A DNA stretch of 64,000 nt from Candidatus Eiseniibacteriota bacterium. Lineage in GTDB: Bacteria > Eisenbacteria > RBG-16-71-46. The stretch is taken from positions 1 through 64,000 of the forward strand of contig CAVSAC010000014.1 in assembly GCA_963725865.1 (NCBI GenBank), read 5' to 3'. Of the stretch, positions 54,566 through 64,000 are shown piece after piece; the first letter of the stretch is position 1, and the number at the start of each line of letters is the position of its first letter. The notes beneath the pieces were generated by a model. That model searched no databases, was not told the DNA's origin, and was given only the letters and a program-made list of their open reading frames with translations. The translations under genes were made by a program, and so were the position numbers.

Positions 54566-54594
54566 AGCCCCGCCTCGCGCGGGGCTTTCTCTTT
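54566..54594 (+). terminator. Intrinsic terminator (same hairpin as 50236)
   Basis: agccccgc-ctcgc-gcggggct followed by ttctcttt. Confidence 0.78.
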
Positions 54595-54630
54595 GTGCGC
54601 GGTACGGGCGAATGCGCCTGGCGATCGACC

Positions 54631-55089
54631 TCAGCGGAACGTGGCGGCGCCGGCCAGCGCCACCGCGCGAAGTTGTTCGGCCCGGGCGACGAAGGCGTCG
54701 ACCAGCGTGTTCGCGATCCGCTCGAACACGGGGCCGGCCAGCCGGCCGAGGACCGGGCTTGCGAAGTCGTAGCGCAGCGCGAACTCGATCTTGCACGCGT
54801 CGGCGGCCAACGGCGTCAGGTGCCAATCCCCTTCGAACCGGCGGAAGGGACCCCGCTCGAGTGTGATGGCCATGAATTCCGGCCGGCGCTTCGGGTTGCG
54901 CGTGGTGAAATCGAGACGGATGTTCCGGTAACTGACCCGTATGTCGGCGACGACGACGTGGTCATCGCGCTCGAGGACCCGGGTTCCGGCGCACCACGGC
55001 AGGAATTCCGGATAGCGCTCGGCGGCCTCGATCAGGTCGAACATCGTTTCGGCGGGAAAGCCGACCAGCGCTGACCTGCGGACCTCCAT
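54631..55089 (-). CDS. ratA: RatA/PasT (Coq10-like START domain) protein
   Basis: RSALV, YPEFLPWC, FTTRN, GPFRRFEGDW, VFERIANTLVDAFVARA. Confidence 0.88.
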   Translation of the reverse strand: MEVRRSALVGFPAETMFDLIEAAERYPEFLPWCAGTRVLERDDHVVVADIRVSYRNIRLDFTTRNPKRRPEFMAITLERGPFRRFEGDWHLTPLAADACKIEFALRYDFASPVLGRLAGPVFERIANTLVDAFVARAEQLRAVALAGAATFR

Positions 55090-55153
55090 TGCCCCGCTCC
55101 CACCGCCCTGTTGAAGGATCACGCCCGGACCGACATGTCCCAATCGGGATACC

Positions 55154-55167
55154 TTGACGCAAATCAA
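55154..55167. promoter_or_regulatory. FNR box
   Basis: TTGAC gcaa ATCAA (9/10), about 105 bp upstream of the cytochrome c gene. Confidence 0.72.
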
Positions 55168-55272
55168 CCGCGTGCGCCAACGCCGCCGGACAAAATGTTA
55201 GCATTGCGCGGGCATCGACGGAGCGGTGTCTGATTCGCGCGCGGCGCGGATTCACGGGCAAAGGAGAACGGG

Positions 55273-55566
55273 ATGATCAAGTCGTTGGCGGTAGGAGTTG
55301 TCGCCGCGGCCGTGCTGTCGGCCGGCGGCGTCGCAATGGCAGCGAGCGGCGAGGAGATCGCGAAGAGCAGCGGTTGCCTCAACTGCCACGCGGTCGACAC
55401 GAAGAAGTTGGGGCCGTCGTTCAAGGAGACGGCGGCGAAGTACAAGGGGAAGGCCGACGCCGAAGCGACCCTGACGGCCAAGCTGTCCGGCGCCAAGGGG
55501 CACCCCGAGGTGAAGGCCAAGGGCGCCGACCTCACGACGGTGCTGAAGTGGGTCCTGGCGATGTAG
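55273..55566 (+). CDS. Small c551-like monoheme cytochrome c
   Basis: RBS aaggag; signal; GCLNCHAVDTKKLGPSF; KGHP in place of the usual distal Met. Confidence 0.9.
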   Translation: MIKSLAVGVVAAAVLSAGGVAMAASGEEIAKSSGCLNCHAVDTKKLGPSFKETAAKYKGKADAEATLTAKLSGAKGHPEVKAKGADLTTVLKWVLAM

Positions 55567-55590
55567 GCAGGGGTGCCACATCGTGAAAGG

Positions 55591-55616
55591 AGGCCGGCGC
55601 ATGCCGGCCTTTTTTT
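55591..55616 (+). terminator. Intrinsic terminator
   Basis: aggccggc-gcat-gccggcct followed by a T run. Confidence 0.85.
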
Positions 55617-55699
55617 CGCCGGCGCGGCAGCGGTCGCGCACGGCGATCCTTGACTACGATCAACGGCAGCTGCGACACGATGCCGCAGAATTCGTTCCG

Positions 55700-56267
55700 A
55701 TGGACATGAGAGCCGCAGGCGTACGCGATCGGGATGGACAGCCGCTGTTGCTGCTGGTCGATCAGGATGAAGTGCACGCGGCCTCGCTGTCCCATTCGCT
55801 GGCGTGCCGCGGCTTCGTGATCCGGGTCGCCCGCAGCATCGGCGAGGCGATCGGGGCCGCGAGTTCCAGCCCTCCCCAGTATGCGGTGGTCGACCTCAAG
55901 CTGCCGGATGGCTCGGGACTCAGGCTCGTTTCCGGGCTGCGCGCGCTCGACCCGCGCACGCGGGTCGTGGTGCTGACGGGGCACGGCAGCATCCCGTCCG
56001 CGGTCGAGGCGATCAAGCTCGGCGCGACACATTACCTGACCAAGCCGGCGACCACGGACGACCTCATTGCCGCGTTCGGGCGCGAAGCCGGGGACGACAG
56101 CGTGCCGGTGCGCGAGAAGCCGATGTCGATCGGTCGCCTCGAATGGGAGCACATCCAGTACGTGCTCGCGCGAGAATGGCGGCAACGTGTCCGCGACGGC
56201 ACGCGCGCTGTCGATGCACCGGCGCACGCTGCAGCGCAAGCTCGCGAAACACCCGGTCCGGAACTGA
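55700..56267 (+). CDS. regA: RegA/PrrA/ActR-family response regulator (frameshift near 56172; start approximate)
   Basis: AVVDLKL, LTGHGSIPSAVEAIKLGA, YLTKP, RLEWEHIQ, GNVSATARALSMHRRTLQRKLAK. Confidence 0.9.
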
Positions 56268-56324
56268 CGACGCGCGAATCCGCGCCGCCGCCCGGCCGCG
56301 CGGTCGCCACGCGCGATCGCCCGC

Positions 56325-57473
56325 TCAGGAGTGCAGGTCGGCGGTGATCCGCCGCGCGCGCAGCGTCGTCGCAAAGCCGTTGCGGGCGCGCAAACGAGGA
56401 TCGTTGACGATGCCCCCGATCGTGCCGGCGATCACCATCACGACCCCGGCGAGGGGCAGGACCAGGATAAGGCCGGGAATTCCGGCGACTGCACCGCCGA
56501 CGAATATCAGGACCACCGTCGGCAGCGGATGCATGTGCAGGCTGCGGCCGACCGTCAGCGGCATGAACACGAAATCGTCGAGCAGGCGGACGACCAGGAA
56601 CAGCGCAACCGCCGCATAGACCACCCAGGGATCGGCCGGAAAGTCGGTGGCGGCCACCAGCACCACGATCGCGCAGCCGATGACGGACCCGACGAAAGGC
56701 ACCCATGCGAGCACGGCTGCCATCAGTCCCAGGGCGAACGCGTTCGGAACGCCGATCACCACGAGTCCCAGCGCGAGGCAAATCGTGTCGATTGCCGTCA
56801 GCTTGAGCAAGCCCTGGAAGTAGGCGCGGGCCGTGGCGTCCACGCGGTCGACCATGTACAGGGTCCGTTCGTAATACGCATTCGGAACCGCATCGCAGCA
56901 GAACTTGAGAAACCGCCGGCCGTCGCGCAGGAAGAAGAACGCGAGAAACGGCGCCAGCAGCAGGGCCGGCAGCGAGACGGCGGCGGAGAGCACAGCATCG
57001 GTGAGATGATCCTGCGCGTAGCTCCCGCCGAACGAGGCGATCTTCTTCCCCATCTCGGCGTGGAACTCCACGCGCTTCAGGAACGCGAACTGCGATTCCA
57101 GCATCGTCAGCGTGCGGTCGAGCAACCCCTGGCCCCCGGCGAGGTAGCGGGACAGCGCCTCTTCGCCGCTGACGGTCTGCGCCGCGAGCCAGGGCAGCGT
57201 CGGCACCATCGCCAGGACAGCGGCGAGAAAGAAGACGCCGGCAACGATCGCCGCGGAGGTCTCGCGTTCGACCCCGGCGAGCGTCAGGCGCCGCACCGCC
57301 GGGAACAATGCGTAATAGAGGATGATCGCCAGAAGGAACGGCACGACGAACCAGAGCGCCTGCTTCAGAAGGACCAGGAACAGCGTCGTGCAGACGATGG
57401 TCGCCACCCAGACCAGCGGGCCCGAGGACAGGTAGCGGCTCGGGCTCGGAGTTGCCGCCTTCCCCGGCCTCAC
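56325..57473 (-). CDS. AI-2E family transporter
   Basis: PFLLAIIL, FFFLRDG, WVPFVGS, MPLTVGRSLHMHPL, GIPGLILVLPL. Confidence 0.9.
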   Translation of the reverse strand: MRPGKAATPSPSRYLSSGPLVWVATIVCTTLFLVLLKQALWFVVPFLLAIILYYALFPAVRRLTLAGVERETSAAIVAGVFFLAAVLAMVPTLPWLAAQTVSGEEALSRYLAGGQGLLDRTLTMLESQFAFLKRVEFHAEMGKKIASFGGSYAQDHLTDAVLSAAVSLPALLLAPFLAFFFLRDGRRFLKFCCDAVPNAYYERTLYMVDRVDATARAYFQGLLKLTAIDTICLALGLVVIGVPNAFALGLMAAVLAWVPFVGSVIGCAIVVLVAATDFPADPWVVYAAVALFLVVRLLDDFVFMPLTVGRSLHMHPLPTVVLIFVGGAVAGIPGLILVLPLAGVVMVIAGTIGGIVNDPRLRARNGFATTLRARRITADLHS

Positions 57474-57946
57474 AGCGGCTTTCGTTCGCCCGGCGCCGAG
57501 CGGTCGCGGAGCTGGCGGCCGAGCTGGCGCGCGAGCTGCAGGGCGATCTTCGACGCGATCACCGCGTGCGTGTCGAGGAGGCTCTCGAAGTCGCCGCGTG
57601 CAAGCGATGCCAGCACGCAGTCCTCCGCCGCCCGCGCCTGCGCGGCGCGCGGCGCGTCATCGAGCAGCGCAAGCTCGCCGAAGACCACACCGGATTCGAT
57701 TTCGGTGATCTTTCCGGTTTCCGGCTCCCCCTGCCGGCAGATGAGCACGCGCCCCGCGATGACCACGTAGACGGTCTGCCCTTCCTCGCCCTCGTCGAAG
57801 ATGATCTCGCCCTTGAGATAGCGTCTTTCGTGGAGCATGCCATCGACGACGCGCAGCTCGGACCGCGACAGCGTCGCGAACAGGAAGAGCTGCCGGAGCG
57901 TGCCCAGGCGCGGCGTCTCCTTCCGGTCCAGGAAGAACCCCAGCAT
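57470..57946 (-). CDS. Cyclic nucleotide-binding domain protein
   Basis: GEIIFDEGEEG, FGELALLDDAPRAA; no HTH. Confidence 0.9.
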   Translation of the reverse strand: MLGFFLDRKETPRLGTLRQLFLFATLSRSELRVVDGMLHERRYLKGEIIFDEGEEGQTVYVVIAGRVLICRQGEPETGKITEIESGVVFGELALLDDAPRAAQARAAEDCVLASLARGDFESLLDTHAVIASKIALQLARQLGRQLRDRSAPGERKPL

Positions 57947-58012
57947 CGATGACCCTCCACACGGCCCCCCGGACGCGGGGCAACGCCTGTCACTCTACAA
58001 CAGGTCGTCGGA

Positions 58013-58424
58013 CTACTTGCATTTCGGACGCTGGGGCGCGGCCCCCGGCCCGGCCTCGCGACTCGCCCCGGCCTCCTCGATCCGCTGCAGGTAACGGCGC
58101 CACATCTCGTCCTGGTTCGTGCCCAGCGTGTAGAAATAGTCCCACGAGAAGATGCCGGTATCGTGTCCGTCGGAGAATACCGGGCGCACGGCGTACGTGG
58201 CCGACCGGGTCGAGCTCGACGATCTCGACGTTCTTCTTGCCGACCTGCAGCACTTCCTGTCCCGGGCCGTGGCCGCGGACTTCCGCCGAGGGCGAATACA
58301 CGCGCAGGAACTCGCAGGGCATCCGGAAGCGCTTGCCGTCGGAGAAGGCGATCTCCAGCACGCGCGACTTCTGGTGCAGCAGGATCTCGGTGGGGGTGGG
58401 AGCGTCTTTGGTGAGCCCTGCCAT
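58013..58424 (-). CDS. DUF971 protein (frameshift near 58200)
   Basis: EFLRVYSPSAEVRGHG, YAVRPVFSDGHDTGIFSWDY. Confidence 0.88.
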
Positions 58425-58437
58425 GGAACTTCCTCCT

Positions 58438-58758
58438 TCAATCCCAGCGGTTGTCGCGCACCTGGATCACGTCGCCTTCAACGCGCACGGGAAACGTGTC
58501 GGTCGGTTCGTACGCGGGCGCGGTCAGGGCCTCGCCGGTGCGGATGCAGAAGCGCGCGCCGTGGCGCGGGCAGACGATCACGTCGCCTTCGACCGTGCCA
58601 CCGGTGAGCTGTCCGCCGTCGTGGGTGCAGACGTCCGCGATCGCATAGTACCGTCCGTCGAGGTTGAACACCGCGATCTGCGTGCCGTCGAGGTCCGCGA
58701 CCCGCCATGCGCCCGGCGCGAGCTCGCCCACCCGCGCGACCGTCACCCAGTCGCTCAT
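58438..58758 (-). CDS. Rieske-type ferredoxin
   Basis: CTH...CPRHGARF. Confidence 0.92.
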   Translation of the reverse strand: MSDWVTVARVGELAPGAWRVADLDGTQIAVFNLDGRYYAIADVCTHDGGQLTGGTVEGDVIVCPRHGARFCIRTGEALTAPAYEPTDTFPVRVEGDVIQVRDNRWD

Positions 58759-58869
58759 GGTGTCGATCCGACGCGTCGGGGCTTTCGCCGGTGGGCGCAT
58801 GTTCATCCTAAGTCCACCGGCGAAGGCCCCAGACGCGGCGTGAAGCAAGACCGAAGCACTGGGACGGAT

Positions 58870-59432
58870 TCAGACCGCGACGACTTCGATGTCGGGCTCG
58901 ATCGACCGCACCAGGCTCTCGATGCCGACGAGCGTGCCCGATATCGAGCTCGGGCAGCTGCCGCACGCGCCCTGGTAGTGCACGGTCAGCCTGTTGCCTT
59001 CGAGACCGAGCACGTACAGGTCGCCGCCGTCGCCCTGCAGGTAGGGGCGGATCTGCTCATCGAGCAGCTCGTTGATCATGTCGAGCCGCTCCTGGTCCTC
59101 GGGGCTCAGGTCGGCGATCGCGGGTCGCGGCCGCGGCGGTGAGCCGCGCCGATTGCTCGCCCGCCGCCGGCGCGGCGCGGATCGGGTCGGCGACCGCGGC
59201 GCAGCAGCTCCTGCCAGTCGGCGCCGCCGTCCTGCGTGACCGTGATCCAGTGATCGACGTAGAACACGTTGGTCACATGCTCGATGTCGAACAGCGACGC
59301 GGCCAGCGGATCGTCCTTCGCCTGCTCGGCGTTGTCGTAGGAGCGCGCGATGCCCCAGGTCAGCGGCTCCTTGAGGATGAACTTCTTCGCGTTCGGATTC
59401 GGCGTGTCTTCGATGTCGGCGATTTTCGGCAT
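58870..59432 (-). CDS. Nfu/NifU-family Fe-S carrier
   Basis: TPNPNAKKF, IRPYLQGDGGD, YQGACGSCPSS; frameshifts. Confidence 0.88.
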
Positions 59433-59443
59433 GGCTGCTTCGG

Positions 59444-59934
59444 TCAGGCATCCGCCGATCGGCGCGTGCATCGGATCGTCTTCGGCTTCGGTCGAGGTGC
59501 TCGCGACCGAGTGGAGCGCCGCATGCAGCGTGTGCCAGGGCAGGATCGCGCATTTGACGCGCGTCGGCAGATCGCGCACGCCGGCGAACACCGTGAGCCG
59601 GCCGAGATGGTGCGCCTGCTTGGCGACATCGAGCTTGCCGGTCGCCATGTCGCGGAATTCCTGGATCAGCGTTTCCGCCTCCTGCGCGCGTCTTGCCCTT
59701 GACGTTCGCCGTCATCATCGACGCCGACGCCTTGCAGATCGCGCAGGACTCGCCCTGAAACGCGATGCCGTCGATGCGCTCGCCGTCGAGATTCAGCGCC
59801 ACGCTGAGATGGTCGCCGCACAGCGGATTGTGGCCCTCGGCCTGGTGGCTCGCCTGCGCCAGCGTCGCCGTAGTTGCGCGGCTTCCGGTTGTGGTCGAGG
59901 ATGACTTCCTGATACAGCGCTTTCGGGTCGGCCA

Positions 59935-59935
<1 letters not shown>
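59444..59935 (-). CDS. sufU: SUF-system SufU protein
   Basis: LYQEVILDHNRKPRN, NPLCGD, CAICKASAS, RVKCAILPWH. Confidence 0.88.
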
Positions 59936-61200
<1,265 letters not shown>

Positions 61201-61205
61201 GCGAG

Positions 61206-62537
61206 TCACGCGCCGGGTGCGGCGGTCTGGGTCTGCGCCAGCACCGTCTGCTCGAGCCGGTGCCGGAGCGAGGCGACGGGGATGCGCTCGATGATCTCGG
61301 CGCCGAACGCGTAGGTCAGCAGGTTGCGCGCCGCGGCATCGGACAGGCCGCGGCTCTTGAGATAGAACACTTCCTCGACGTCGAGCTGGCCGACGGTCGC
61401 GCCGTGCGCGCATTTCACGTCGTCGGCGAAGATCTCGAGCTGCGGCTTGGTGTCGACGTGCGCCTTGCCGCTGAGCAGCAGGTTGCGGCTCGATTGCGAC
61501 GAATCGGTGCGCTGCGCGCCGGGGCGCACCATGATCTTGCCGTTGAACACCGCGTGCGCGGCGCCGTCGACGATGCACTTGTGCAGCTGCCGGCTCGACG
61601 CCGTGCGGCATGGCATGGTCGATCGAGCGTGTGGGTGTCGGCGAGCTGGCGCGCCGCCGATCAGCGCCAGCCCGTCGATCGTGCACTCGGCGCCTTCGGC
61701 CGCCTGCAGCACGTTCAGGTTGTAGCGCGAGATGCGCGCGCCCAGCGCGACGCTCACCGACTGGATAGCGGCTCGCGTGCGCCAGCGACACCGCGCAGTT
61801 CGCGATGTGGAACGCCTCGGCGCCCTCGCGCTGCACCCGGACGTGGTCGACGCGCGCATTGCCGGCGAGCGCGATCTCGGTCACCGCGTTGGTGAAATAG
61901 GCTTCGTCCTGCAGCGCGACGAAGTCCTCGATCACCGTGACCGCGCTGCCGGCCTCCGCCACCACCAGGCAGCGCGGGTAGCTCGCCGCGTGCTTGCGCG
62001 TCGCGATGAACAGCAGATGCACCGGCGCCGCGAGCGCCAGTGTCGCGCGGCACGACGATCAGCGCGCCGTCGTGCAGGAATGCGGTGTTGAGCGCGGCGA
62101 ACGCGTTGTCGCTCGAATCCGGCGTGCCGGCCGAGATGCGCGCTGCACGCGCCGCGGCGTGCGCGGTCAGCGCCGCGGCCAGGTTCTCGACGACGATGCC
62201 GCTCCGGCGCGATCGTGAACGAATGCTCCGGCGCGTAGATGCCGTCGACGAATACCAGCCGGGTCGCCGCTTCGTCGGGATGGCCCACTGCTCGACGTCC
62301 GCGGCGCGCAGTGGCGGCTGCGCCGTCGCGCCGGCTGGAACGACAGCTTGGTGAGCGGCGAGATGTCGGTGAAGCGCCAGTCCTCGTCGCGCGTGGTCGG
62401 CACGGTCAGCGCGCCGACGCGGTCGACCGCGTCGCGCGCGCAGCTGATTGAGCCAGCGCCAGCGGGCTCGCCGGCAGCTGCGGCTGCCCGCGCAGCAGGC
62501 TGTCGAGATAGCCGCTGGTCGATGCGCGCGTGTTCAT
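61206..62537 (-). CDS. sufD: Fe-S assembly protein SufD
   Basis: [45 protein letters not shown]; frameshifts. Confidence 0.9.
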
Positions 62538-62541
62538 GCGC

Positions 62542-64000
<1,459 letters not shown>

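Noticed and set aside
54631..55089. Toxin-antitoxin module
   Set aside because: No ratB/pasI partner; this family is better explained as Coq10-like quinone-binding proteins.

Overview
GC-rich bacterial contig, probably a Betaproteobacterium (inferred from gene families). Many genes carry single-base indels that look like long-read errors, so most frameshifted CDSs below are reconstructed across frames. Block 1 (1-37 kb) is a mosaic periplasmic-oxidation island. It has a NarL-type two-component system, SoxCD-like genes and four beta-propeller (PQQ-type) dehydrogenases, each paired with its own c-type cytochrome; one has the lanthanide-type WDxD motif. It also has a lanmodulin homologue plus an internally deleted two-EF-hand copy, a full eboFABDEC operon, a second partial ebo copy linked to type-2 IPP isomerase, an IS4-family element and several gene remnants. 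A repeated GGGA-N5-TCCC palindrome, often as 22-bp-spaced pairs, marks its promoters. Block 2 (37.8-42.4 kb) is a large glycosyltransferase/sulfotransferase gene with an 831-bp internal duplication. Block 3 (42.5-56.3 kb) is an Mto-type extracellular electron transfer locus: MtoD-like, tandem di-MtoD, CymA/NapC-like, and two decaheme MtrA/MtoA + porin pairs. Both porins continue into a Pro-rich linker and an OmpA peptidoglycan-binding domain. FNR-like and RegA-like boxes and an orphan RegA lie in this block. Block 4 (56-64 kb) is the distal part of a suf operon. Best candidates for undescribed biology are the cell-wall-anchored MtrB-OmpA conduits and the ebo/IDI-2/lanmodulin/propeller-dehydrogenase island with its candidate operator.
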